Made by a program: the position numbers and the translations under genes
Shown: positions 10,379 to 24,512 of the stretch, one piece after another
Layout: each line of letters starts with the position of its first letter
How positions within the stretch are numbered: the stretch's first letter is position 1
The notes under the pieces: generated by a model
Seen by the model: the letters and a program-made list of their open reading frames with translations, nothing else
The model's database searches: none
What the model was told of the DNA's origin: nothing
NCBI GenBank assembly: GCA_031400875.1
Contig: JANNQS010000120.1
Span: 8,569 to 72,568, forward strand
Direction: 5' to 3'
Source: Planctomycetota bacterium
Lineage (GTDB): Bacteria > Planctomycetota > UBA1135 > GCA-002686595
Length of the DNA stretch: 64,000 nt

Positions 10379-13174
10379 ATGGAACGAGACCGACCAGAAG
10401 CGACCCCCCCCACGCTGGAGGCGCTCTTCCTGCGCTGGCGCGAGGAGGACGACGCCGAGGCGCTGGGCGAGATGCTGGCCCGCACCGAGGCCGAGCTGAT
10501 CGTCGTGGCACGCCGGCAGGCGCGCGACGACGCCGCGGCCTGGGACCTGGTCCAGGAAGCCTGGGTCACCGTGCTGCGCGAGGGGCACAAGTGGGATTCG
10601 AGTCAGCGCCTGATGCCCTGGCTCGTCGGGATCCTGACGATCTGCGCGCGCCGCGCGCGCCGCGTCGACGCGCGCACGCCGGATCCGGAGCGGCTGGCCC
10701 AGCGCGAGGTCGCACTGCCCGACGCGGCAGTGCCGGCCGAAGAGGTGCGCACGCTGATCGAGCGCGGCCTCGGCAACGTCTCGACCTTGTACGGCGACGT
10801 CGTGCGCATGCACCTGTTCGAGGAGATGACGCACGCCGAGATCGCCGAGCGCACGGGGCGCGAGCCGGGCACGGTGCGCGTGCAGGTCTTCCGCGGGCTG
10901 GCGCAGCTGCGCAAGCACCTGCCGTCGAGCCTGTCGCTGGGCGTCGCGATCCTGGCACTCGCGCCGCGCAGCGAGGCCGCGCGCCTCGCGCCGGTGCTCG
11001 ACACGGCGTTCGGCTCGGGCCCGGCAATCGGTGCGGGCACGGCGACGGTCAGTGCGACGACCGGCGCGAGCTGGATCGCGGCCGGCGCACTGCGCTGGTG
11101 GCTCGCGGCCGCAGCGGTCGCGACCGTCGCCGGCGGCGTATGGTGGGCCACGGCCGGCCCGAACCGCCGCGACGTCGAGCACGCATCCGTCCCGGCTGTG
11201 CAGGTCGCGCCGGACGTCCCGGCACCGACGCCGCTCGCGTCCGGGCCGGAGAACGTTTCGCGCAGCGTCGCGAGCGCCGAAGCCGCCCTGGAAACCGCGA
11301 GCGTGCCGCGTCCCGGCGTGTGGCTCGTGGGCACGGTTGCCGACCTCGATCGGCTGCCGCGCGCGACCACGACGATCACGCTGCGCGCGGGCGGCGTGCG
11401 CAGCCCGCCCATGACCGAGCGGCTCGATCTGACGGGGCGTCGCGACGAAACGGCGCGCTTCGAAATCGACCTGACGGCCTGGTACGCCGGGAACGCGGCC
11501 GCCCCGCGCGATTTCATCGCGCTGCTCGACCATCCGTACGCGCTGCCGGCACGGTCACCGCATTGGCTCGCCGACGAACCCTTCGCGGCCGCGCGCGCCG
11601 CGGCGGCGGCGGGCTCGACGCAACGTCTCGAGATCCCGGCCCGTTTCGACCTCGTGCTGCCCGTGGCGCGCGTGCACGGACGCGTCACGACCGCCGTGGA
11701 CCTCGACCCCGCGTTGCGGGCCGCAGACGCCGTCGTCGGCCTCTTCGAGATCGACGCGCGCGGCAACCCCGCGCCCGAGCCGATCGAAGGCTCGCGCGTG
11801 CGCGCCGACGGTACGTTCACGCTGCGCGCAGCGAGAATCGGCCCGCACCGCATCGTCGCGGCCCTGTCGGGAGCCGGCGCACGACCGGCGGACGCGGCGC
11901 TTCATCTCGCACCCGCGCAAGAGCGCGAAACGGGCGAGCTCGTGCTCGAGCCGGGCGCCGAGATCGCCGGCCGCGTCGTGAGCGCGCGGGCCGGCTCCGA
12001 TCGGGTGTCCTGGAGACCCATCGAAAAATCGGAGACGCGCTCGGTGCACGGCGTACCTCTGGCCTGGACCGGCGCACGATTCGAAACGCACGCGGGCGAG
12101 TTCGAGAGCGCGGCGGACGGAACGTTCCGGATCGCCGGTCTCGCCCAGGCCGAGTACGTGCTCAGCGCCCAGCGGAGTTTCCGGGACGGCCCGCCATCGA
12201 TCCCGCTCGACGACTTCGGCTTCGGAGACCAGGCCGGCAATCGCGTGACGAACGAGGCGCGCATCTTCGCGCCGGCGCAGGGGATCCTCTTGCGCACGTC
12301 CGAGTTCGACGTGCCGCTGACCGTGACCGGGTCGGGTGCGCCGCTCGGAAAGGCGCTCGTCGAGCGACTCTTCGAGGGTGGCGGATCGCAAGGGTGCTCG
12401 ACGGACGATCAAGGCCGCGCCAGCCTCCGCACGAGCGGACCGCCCGGAGTCGTGCGCTTGCGCGTGTCCAAGACGGGCTGGATCGCGAGCGTGCTCGAGC
12501 TGTCGCCGGATCGACTCGATGCCCAGGTCGGCGTCCATGTCGATCTCGCGCCCGGCCTGGCGCCGGCGGAGATCGTCCTGGAAGCCGGCTCCATGCCTCT
12601 CGACGGATGCGACCTGTTGATCGCCCCCTGGGACGCGATCGACGCAGCCGGGTGGGAGTCCGTGCGCACCCTCGGCGTCCCTCCGATGGTCGAGGGCTTC
12701 ACGACCCGCAAGGTGCTCGAGGGCGGTCGCCTGAACCAGCCGCTCGACGCCGGGCACTGGTGCGTGGTGCTCCACGTTCCGCAGCAGGGCGCATCCGCGG
12801 CTCTCTCGTACGTGCGTCCGACCCTGATCGAGCTCGACCTCGCGCCCGGCGCGGACATCCGCCGGCACGTCGAGCTCGAGCTGGGCGGGCGACTGCGCTT
12901 CCAGCCGATCCCCGCCGTGGCCGGAGTGGCCAACGTGCAGCTGGCCTTCGAGCGCGCCGCGGGTGAGCGGGTTTCGCTGCCCCTCTCGAGCCTCGAGCAG
13001 CGCGGCGACGGGCGACAGGGCCGTCGGTCGACCACCGACCGCCTCGCGTTCGGCGTCGGGGCGGAGAGCGCGCTGCTCGAGCCCGGCTCCTACACCCTGC
13101 GCACGACGATCGGACCGAACACGTCGACGCGCACGGTCGAGATGCGCGCGGGCGAGACGACCGTCATCGAGTAG
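10379..13174 (+). CDS. ECF (sigma-70 family, regions 2 and 4) sigma factor fused to a TM segment and a large extracytoplasmic beta-sandwich-repeat domain
   Basis: A single uninterrupted 931-codon ORF, with GGAG 6 nt upstream of the ATG. Region 2 (AWDLVQEAWVTVLRE) and region 4 (EMTHAEIAERTGREPGTVRVQVFRGLAQLRKHL) are present. A TM segment lies at about aa 235-260 (WWLAAAAVATVAGGVWWATAG). This is followed by repeats with carboxypeptidase-regulatory-like motifs (DGTFTLRAARIGPHRIVA, DGTFRIAGLAQAEYVLSA, GSYTLRTT). Confidence 0.8.
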   Translation: MERDRPEATPPTLEALFLRWREEDDAEALGEMLARTEAELIVVARRQARDDAAAWDLVQEAWVTVLREGHKWDSSQRLMPWLVGILTICARRARRVDARTPDPERLAQREVALPDAAVPAEEVRTLIERGLGNVSTLYGDVVRMHLFEEMTHAEIAERTGREPGTVRVQVFRGLAQLRKHLPSSLSLGVAILALAPRSEAARLAPVLDTAFGSGPAIGAGTATVSATTGASWIAAGALRWWLAAAAVATVAGGVWWATAGPNRRDVEHASVPAVQVAPDVPAPTPLASGPENVSRSVASAEAALETASVPRPGVWLVGTVADLDRLPRATTTITLRAGGVRSPPMTERLDLTGRRDETARFEIDLTAWYAGNAAAPRDFIALLDHPYALPARSPHWLADEPFAAARAAAAAGSTQRLEIPARFDLVLPVARVHGRVTTAVDLDPALRAADAVVGLFEIDARGNPAPEPIEGSRVRADGTFTLRAARIGPHRIVAALSGAGARPADAALHLAPAQERETGELVLEPGAEIAGRVVSARAGSDRVSWRPIEKSETRSVHGVPLAWTGARFETHAGEFESAADGTFRIAGLAQAEYVLSAQRSFRDGPPSIPLDDFGFGDQAGNRVTNEARIFAPAQGILLRTSEFDVPLTVTGSGAPLGKALVERLFEGGGSQGCSTDDQGRASLRTSGPPGVVRLRVSKTGWIASVLELSPDRLDAQVGVHVDLAPGLAPAEIVLEAGSMPLDGCDLLIAPWDAIDAAGWESVRTLGVPPMVEGFTTRKVLEGGRLNQPLDAGHWCVVLHVPQQGASAALSYVRPTLIELDLAPGADIRRHVELELGGRLRFQPIPAVAGVANVQLAFERAAGERVSLPLSSLEQRGDGRQGRRSTTDRLAFGVGAESALLEPGSYTLRTTIGPNTSTRTVEMRAGETTVIE

Positions 13175-13203
13175 CGGCGCGCAGTCGGCGGTGACGACGG
13201 GAA

Positions 13204-13225
13204 AAGGTGTCTGACACCGCTGTCT
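13204..13225 (-). repeat. Copy A of the oriented palindromic element RGACANNGGTGTCAGACACCTT
   Basis: The minus strand reads agacagcGGTGTCAGACACCtt. It starts 5 nt after the stop codon of the 13230..15653 gene, in its sense orientation. Confidence 0.8.
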
Positions 13226-13229
13226 GCTC

Positions 13230-15653
13230 TCAGTAGCGCAGGCGCACGTCGCGCACCTTGAGCTCGCCGTCCACCAGGACCACGCCGACCTGGCCGCGCA
13301 GCTCGCCCGGCTTGTAGGCGATCTTGGCGACGCTCTTGTCGTTCAGGAAGAACTCGGCCTCGTCGTCGCGGACTTCGACGGCGAGCTTCACCGCGGCGCG
13401 CGCGTCGCCTTTGACGCTGGGCAGCGGCTTGCGCGACTTGAAGCCCTTCTCGAGCTCGGCCACCAGGCACATGCCCTGGCCGTTCACGCCGACGAGCTGC
13501 AGGCTCTCGTCGTTGGCGCCGAAGACGAGCATGCCCATGCCGCCGGGCGATAGGCCCGTCGTGTCGAGCACGGCCTCGTAGCGGTACCGCGCCGGGGGCG
13601 CCTCGCTGACGTAGTTGAAGGCCGTTTCCTCGGTGGTGGCGGCCAGCACGTTGTCCTTCGCGGTCCACTCCTCGGCGCCGGCCCAGGCCTCGAGCTCCGG
13701 ATCGATGCGCACGCGGCGCCAGCGCCGCGGGTCGGCACCGGTGGCCTTGGCGATCTCCTGCGCGGTGGCCGCGAAGGCGTCGGGCAGCCCGAACAGGCGC
13801 TCGGCGTCGTCGAGGAACGCCAGCGCGAAGAGCGGCAGCCCGGCCTCGGCGTAGGCCTTGGCGGCTGCGGGTGCGGCTTCCAGGAGCTTCTTGTCGGCGA
13901 TCACCAGCGCCTCGGCGACGGGCTTGTCGATGCGCGCGATGCGTTGCGCGCACACGTCGGCGAGATCCTTCGCGGTCAGCTCGTCGCCGCCCGGCAGCGC
14001 CACGGAATCATCCGCGACACCGCGCAGGACTTCGAGCGCGCGCCGGTAGCGCGACAGCGCCGGGTCGGCGCGCTTCTGCACCTCGAGCACCTCGCCCAGC
14101 TCGACCAGCGCGACCGGGTCGTCCCGCCGCAGGCGCAGGGCCCACAGGTAGCTCTCCTCGGCCGCCTCGATGCTGCCGTCCTTCTTCTGCTTGCGTGCGC
14201 GCGCGATCAGCTTGTCGGCGTTCTCCGGCGGCCCGAACGAGAGGTCGTGCAGCTCGATGATCCAGGACTTCCAGCGCTTCTCGAAATCCTCGAACGTCCC
14301 GATGCCGGGCTGCTTGGGCTTCGTGACGAAGAACTCGACGAAACGCCCCTTGATGTCGTGCTTGCCCCCGCTCTTGTAGGACGCGAGGAACTCCTTGTAC
14401 GGCTCGAGGTACGGACGCTTCGACTTGTCGTCCTCGTAGTTGTGGAAGAAGTACACGAGGCCCCAGCCGAACGGGTAGTACTCGCCCGGGTACGAGCCGG
14501 GCGTGTTGTACTCGACCGTGTCGGTCAGCGTGGGCTTGCCCATCTCGAGGTAGATCCGCAGCCCCAGCAGCCGCTCCTTCGGGACGAGGTTGAACTCGAC
14601 CGAGCCGTTCGCGAGCAGCCGCGCGCCCTCGAAGTAGGAGGCCGTGCCCTCGTTGAGCCAGGTGGGCCGGTCCGAGCCGCCGCCCGGCAGCGCCAGGTAC
14701 GTGAACTGGTGGCTGGCTTCGTGGAAGAGCGTCTCCCACAAGGACGACAGCGGGTCGCCGTGCGCCGCGCGCGGGTCGTACGTCACCACCTTCGTCTCGG
14801 ACGGCGAGAAGAAGCCGCGCACGTTCTCGCTGATCGGCGTGCCGTCGTTCTCCTTCTCGTACATGTCGAACTCGGGACGCTCGCGGTACACGTGCACGGT
14901 GCAGCGCGCCGTGTCGCCGCCGCGCTCCTTCACACGGAAGAACTTGCGGTAGAAACGGTTCATCTGCTCCATGGCGGTCGACATGGCCTCGGCCATCTCG
15001 ACGCCCATGTTCGTCTTGACCGTGTACTGCTTGCCCTTGATCTCGTGGGCCTTGTCCCAGGTCTCGTGCTTCTTGTCCTCGATCGCGATCTGCTTGGCCG
15101 TGCGCTTCTTCTTGGGCTTGATGGGCACGTCGATGCCCGATTCGAGCAGCGCTTCGATCGACTTCTTGTCGCCGAAGAGCTTCTCCAGGTCGGCTTGCGC
15201 CTTCTCGACCGCCGGCCCGCTGTCGACGCGCGACAGCAGCGCGACCGCCGTGACGACCATCTTCTTCTTGGACAGGGCGCTGCCCGCGGCGGCGAGTGCG
15301 GCCTGGTAGTCGTTCAGCACCGTCGCGCCCTTGCCCTGGAGCGGATCCAGCGCCGGCAGGCGCGCGACCAGCTCGCCCACGGTCTTGGGCGCGTCCTTGG
15401 CGCCGGCGGCCGGCGCGACCTTCAGCGCCAGCGTCGCGTACCACAGCGCCTGGTCGACCTTGCCGGCCGCGTGCGCCGCGCGCGAGGCCTGCTCGAGCAG
15501 CGCGAACGAATCGGGGTCGGACTCGAGCGCCAGCTCGACCTGCGACAGGTCGGGCTCGCCCGGTGCAGCCGCGGAGAGGAACGTCGCCGCGCCGGCTGCG
15601 ACGGCCAGGCACGCCAGGGAGGCGAGGAGCGGAACGAGCAGTCGGGCTTGCAT
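13230..15653 (-). CDS. Secreted TPR-like / HExxH metallopeptidase-like (DUF1570-type) protein with C-terminal beta-sandwich region
   Basis: Signal peptide MQARLLVPLLASLACLAVAAGA. HExxH motif in LWETLFHEASHQFTY. TPR-like helical segments are present. The C-terminal ...VVLVDGELKVRDVRLRY resembles DUF1080/concanavalin-like ends, but that last call is weak. Confidence 0.75.
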   Translation of the reverse strand: MQARLLVPLLASLACLAVAAGAATFLSAAAPGEPDLSQVELALESDPDSFALLEQASRAAHAAGKVDQALWYATLALKVAPAAGAKDAPKTVGELVARLPALDPLQGKGATVLNDYQAALAAAGSALSKKKMVVTAVALLSRVDSGPAVEKAQADLEKLFGDKKSIEALLESGIDVPIKPKKKRTAKQIAIEDKKHETWDKAHEIKGKQYTVKTNMGVEMAEAMSTAMEQMNRFYRKFFRVKERGGDTARCTVHVYRERPEFDMYEKENDGTPISENVRGFFSPSETKVVTYDPRAAHGDPLSSLWETLFHEASHQFTYLALPGGGSDRPTWLNEGTASYFEGARLLANGSVEFNLVPKERLLGLRIYLEMGKPTLTDTVEYNTPGSYPGEYYPFGWGLVYFFHNYEDDKSKRPYLEPYKEFLASYKSGGKHDIKGRFVEFFVTKPKQPGIGTFEDFEKRWKSWIIELHDLSFGPPENADKLIARARKQKKDGSIEAAEESYLWALRLRRDDPVALVELGEVLEVQKRADPALSRYRRALEVLRGVADDSVALPGGDELTAKDLADVCAQRIARIDKPVAEALVIADKKLLEAAPAAAKAYAEAGLPLFALAFLDDAERLFGLPDAFAATAQEIAKATGADPRRWRRVRIDPELEAWAGAEEWTAKDNVLAATTEETAFNYVSEAPPARYRYEAVLDTTGLSPGGMGMLVFGANDESLQLVGVNGQGMCLVAELEKGFKSRKPLPSVKGDARAAVKLAVEVRDDEAEFFLNDKSVAKIAYKPGELRGQVGVVLVDGELKVRDVRLRY

Positions 15654-15754
15654 GAGAGAACCTGGTGAGAAAGGTCAGGCCGCTCGCGGGGCGCGGCCGT
15701 GGGCACAGGCGGCTCGGATGCTCACGAACTGGATCTCGGGCGGACCCGCGCGGG

Positions 15755-16795
15755 CTACTGCGCCTGCTTCATTTCCCAGGTGACGTTCCCGCCCAGCGAG
15801 CCGGCCAGCGAGACCTCGATCTGCTGCCCGTCCTGGTCGGCGTGCACCTGCACGTTCAGGTCGAAACCGACCTTCGACTTCATCTCGTACGAGTGCATCA
15901 CGCCGGCCGCGAGGTCCCACAGGAGCAGGCCTTCGCCCTCGAGCTCCATGGCCGCGCTGGCCGTGAAATCCATCTCCGGCACGCCTTCGCCGCCGACCGA
16001 TTCCGCCAGCTTCTCGAGCATGGGCACGAGGTCGATGTCGGCCTTGCCGTCGTAGACGAAGGCGATCACGCCGACGCGCGCACCGCCTTCGTCGCGCGTG
16101 CCCTTGTAGGTGCACGTGACGCGGAAGTCCTTGAGCGCCTCCTGGATCTGCTGGCCGACGCTCTCGACCATCTCGTCGAGGTCGGGGCCCTCGCCCGAAT
16201 CCTGCTGGCCGGAGATCGCGCCGCCCGGGAAGAACAGCGACTCGAGCGCCGTCGCGTCGATCGTCCACGTGTCGCCCTCCGACACCTTCTTGTCGGGCAG
16301 GAGCGCGCGCACCTCCATGTCGTCGATCAGGCTCTCGAGCTCGCCCTCGTCGCCCTTCGACTCGTGGAAGGCCTTGTCGAACGTCTTCGTCTTCTCGTTC
16401 CAGGTGAAGCGGACGGACTTGCCCTCGAGCTCGCTGGGCGTGTCGGACTGCTGCGTCTCGTCGCCGATCTCGGCGCTCATCTTGATCTTCTCGTACGAGC
16501 GCAAGAGGTCGGTCGGCTTGCCGTCCTTCGTCGCCAGGAACGTCTCGGTCGCGTCGATCGCCAGCGAGAGCAGGATCTCCTGCGCCATGACCTGGTCGAG
16601 CACCTCGCCCGGCATCGGCTCGCCGTTCACGGTGAAGGAGGCTTCCTCCACCTTGAATTCGGCCTCCATGCGCAGCTCCTTCTGCGTCTTGGCGTCCTTC
16701 CCGGGATGGAAGGTCAGTTCGTCCGCCACGGCGGCGAGGCCGACGACGAGCGGGATGGTCAGGCAGGCCAGAGCGTAAACGCGCGTGTTCTTCAT
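15755..16795 (-). CDS. Secreted acidic hypothetical protein
   Basis: ATG 16795 gives MKNTRVYALACLTIPLVVGLAAVA (signal peptide). The 346-aa product is Glu/Asp/Lys-rich and natural-looking. The ORF track extends to 16867. Confidence 0.7.
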   Translation of the reverse strand: MKNTRVYALACLTIPLVVGLAAVADELTFHPGKDAKTQKELRMEAEFKVEEASFTVNGEPMPGEVLDQVMAQEILLSLAIDATETFLATKDGKPTDLLRSYEKIKMSAEIGDETQQSDTPSELEGKSVRFTWNEKTKTFDKAFHESKGDEGELESLIDDMEVRALLPDKKVSEGDTWTIDATALESLFFPGGAISGQQDSGEGPDLDEMVESVGQQIQEALKDFRVTCTYKGTRDEGGARVGVIAFVYDGKADIDLVPMLEKLAESVGGEGVPEMDFTASAAMELEGEGLLLWDLAAGVMHSYEMKSKVGFDLNVQVHADQDGQQIEVSLAGSLGGNVTWEMKQAQ

Positions 16796-16922
16796 CGATG
16801 TGTGGGTCTGGGGGGGGGCGGGTCGCAAGATAGCACGGGGCCCGAAGCGCCCCCGCAGCTTGACCAAAGTCTCACTTCCTGCGGGTCGGGGGGGCGGACC
16901 GGCTGCTTCCCGGCGAGCGCGG

Positions 16923-18491
<1,569 letters not shown>

Positions 18492-18503
18492 GCGCGTCGT
18501 GAC

Positions 18504-22452
<3,949 letters not shown>

Positions 22453-22523
22453 CGCCGCGACGCAGTTCGGTTAGCCTCGTTGCGCCGCGCGGTTCTCGCG
22501 CGCTGGCGACGAGGAACCGATCC

Positions 22524-24443
22524 ATGTCGATCCGGAAGTTCGGAATCATCGCCTGTGCGCTGCTGGGCGCGGGCATCGCTGGCGCGCAGGACCGCAACGC
22601 CGACCTCGACGCCAAGCAGGTCGCGGCGCCGCCGGCGGACATCGCCTCCGGCTTGGTGCGCTTGCCGGAACCGGCCCGGACCGCCGTGCGGTCGCGAGCG
22701 CTCGTCGTGCCGCTCGACTTCGCGTGGGATGGGCAGCGCGGTTGGACGAGCACGTCGAGCGTACCCGTAGACGCTGATGGCGCGCTGACTCTGGCCGTCC
22801 TCGCGCGCGGCGCGGAGCGCTGGACCTGGAACGTTTTCGATCCGGCTGGCAAGCCCGTCGAGCTCGAGAACCGCGCGATTCGAACCGGGGAAGTCGACCT
22901 CGCGGATGCCCCCGGCTGGAGCCTCGACGTCTGGGAAGTGCCCGCAGCCCGCGCAGGCCGTTGGATCGTGCGCATCGTCGCCGCGGGTCGGAGCGTGTCC
23001 TCGCCGCCGCCCGAGGCGTTCCTGGTGACGCGCACGTCCGGCCGCGCGGTGATCGCGGCACACGTCACCACGCTCCAGACCCTGTCCGACGTCGAGATCG
23101 GCCTCGCCGCGCGGTTCGAGCGGGCCGGCGCGGCGCAGTCCGGCGAAGCGGTCGTCGAGCACGCCGGCGGGATCCTGCGCCTGCCGCTCCTCGACGACGG
23201 CCGCCACCAGGACGGCGGCGCGGACGACGGCCTCTTCGGCGCGCTCCTGCCGCGCGGCACCGCCGGACACGTGCGCGCACGCATCGCGCTGAGCGGCACG
23301 ACGGACGGAGGCGCGGTGCTCGAGCGGTCCGTGCAGCTCGCGTTCCCCGTGATCGAGCGCCGCGCGCTGCTCGACGGCACGGTCGAGACGACCGTCATCG
23401 ACGATCGGCGCCTGCGAATCGCGCTGGGCGCCGTCGTGCTGGGTGCACCCGCGAAGCTGCACGTTTCGGCCGAGGTGTGGGGCACGGACGCGAGCGGTGA
23501 GCTGGTCCCGGTGTGCTGGCTCTCGCGGATGCTGTGGCCCGACCGCGACGACGCCGAGTCCTCGCTGTCGTTGTTCCTCGACGCCGCCTGGCTCGACGTC
23601 GCCGACGCGAGCGCGCCGCTCGTGCTGCGGCGCGTGCGCGTGCAGGATCCCGACACACACGTCCCCCACGACCTGAGCGACTGGATGCCCGTGCCGCCGG
23701 GCGATCTGCCGCCCGCCGCGCTCGGTGACGCGCGCGAGATCACGCGCGCGATGCTGACGGGCGCGGGGTTGACGGGCACCCCCAGCGGCCCGCACACGCC
23801 GACCTCTCCGACGCTGCTCACGCCGACGCTGCTGCTCGTGCACGGCTATTGCTCGAGCGGATCGATCTGGCCCGCGGCCGACTTCACGCAGCCGAAGCTC
23901 GAGTTCCTCGACCCCGACGCGAACCGCACGCACGACCAGTTCGCGCTGATGCTGCGGCAGGCGACCTCCGCGCGCACCTCGTTCGGCGTCGTCGCGCACA
24001 GCCAGGGCGGACCCGCTGCGCTGCACCTCTACACCTACTACGCGAGCGGCCTCGACCACGCGACCGGCCCGCGGCTGATCCAGAGCGTCGGCTCGCCCTA
24101 CCAGGGCACGCCGCTGGCGTCGCTGGGCAACTTCGCGTGCGGCGTGAACAACGACATGACGCCGGCGGGCTCGGCGACGTGGCTGGCCGGCATCCCGAGC
24201 TGGGCGCGCGCGCAGGTCTTCTTCCTGACGACGTCGAACGTCGGCGCGGTCTGCAACTTCCTCACGAGCCTGTTCCTCGCGGACCCCGAGGACGGCACGA
24301 CCGAGATGGTGCGCGGCCAGCTCCCGGGCGGGAACAGCCTGGGCCACGTGACCGGCTGGTGCCACACGACGGGCATGAGCAACCCGGCGCAGTACACCGA
24401 CCACGCGCGCAACGCCGAGCGGAACCTGCAAGCCGCGCGGTAG
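22524..24443 (+). CDS. Secreted protein: N-terminal beta-rich region of unknown function + C-terminal alpha/beta-hydrolase (lipase-like) domain
   Basis: ATG 22524 gives MSIRKFGIIACALLGAGIAGAQD (signal peptide). The C-terminal LLLVHGYCSS...FGVVAHSQGG carries a GxSxG nucleophile elbow. A DDGRHQDGGADDGLFGALL motif lies in the N-terminal part. Confidence 0.75.
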   Translation: MSIRKFGIIACALLGAGIAGAQDRNADLDAKQVAAPPADIASGLVRLPEPARTAVRSRALVVPLDFAWDGQRGWTSTSSVPVDADGALTLAVLARGAERWTWNVFDPAGKPVELENRAIRTGEVDLADAPGWSLDVWEVPAARAGRWIVRIVAAGRSVSSPPPEAFLVTRTSGRAVIAAHVTTLQTLSDVEIGLAARFERAGAAQSGEAVVEHAGGILRLPLLDDGRHQDGGADDGLFGALLPRGTAGHVRARIALSGTTDGGAVLERSVQLAFPVIERRALLDGTVETTVIDDRRLRIALGAVVLGAPAKLHVSAEVWGTDASGELVPVCWLSRMLWPDRDDAESSLSLFLDAAWLDVADASAPLVLRRVRVQDPDTHVPHDLSDWMPVPPGDLPPAALGDAREITRAMLTGAGLTGTPSGPHTPTSPTLLTPTLLLVHGYCSSGSIWPAADFTQPKLEFLDPDANRTHDQFALMLRQATSARTSFGVVAHSQGGPAALHLYTYYASGLDHATGPRLIQSVGSPYQGTPLASLGNFACGVNNDMTPAGSATWLAGIPSWARAQVFFLTTSNVGAVCNFLTSLFLADPEDGTTEMVRGQLPGGNSLGHVTGWCHTTGMSNPAQYTDHARNAERNLQAAR

Positions 24444-24463
24444 ACAAAGGTGTCAGACACCTT
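24442..24463 (+). repeat. Copy B of the oriented palindromic element (perfect 17-bp palindrome AAGGTGTCAGACACCTT inside)
   Basis: agacaaaGGTGTCAGACACCtt overlaps the last two bases of the TAG stop of the 22524..24443 gene. It ends 50 bp upstream of the S9 peptidase ATG. Confidence 0.85.
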
Positions 24464-24512
24464 GCACCACCGCGGGAGCGGGATTCGCGCGCAGAGGGCT
24501 AGACTCGGGACC

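Noticed and set aside
16810-16818. G9 homopolymer (C9 on the coding strand) 15 nt upstream of the 15755..16795 gene start, plus a G7 run at ~16888. Possible phase-variable tracts.
   Set aside because: In DNA this GC-rich, G/C runs of this length are expected by chance several times per 64 kb. No evidence of length heterogeneity can be obtained from a single sequence.
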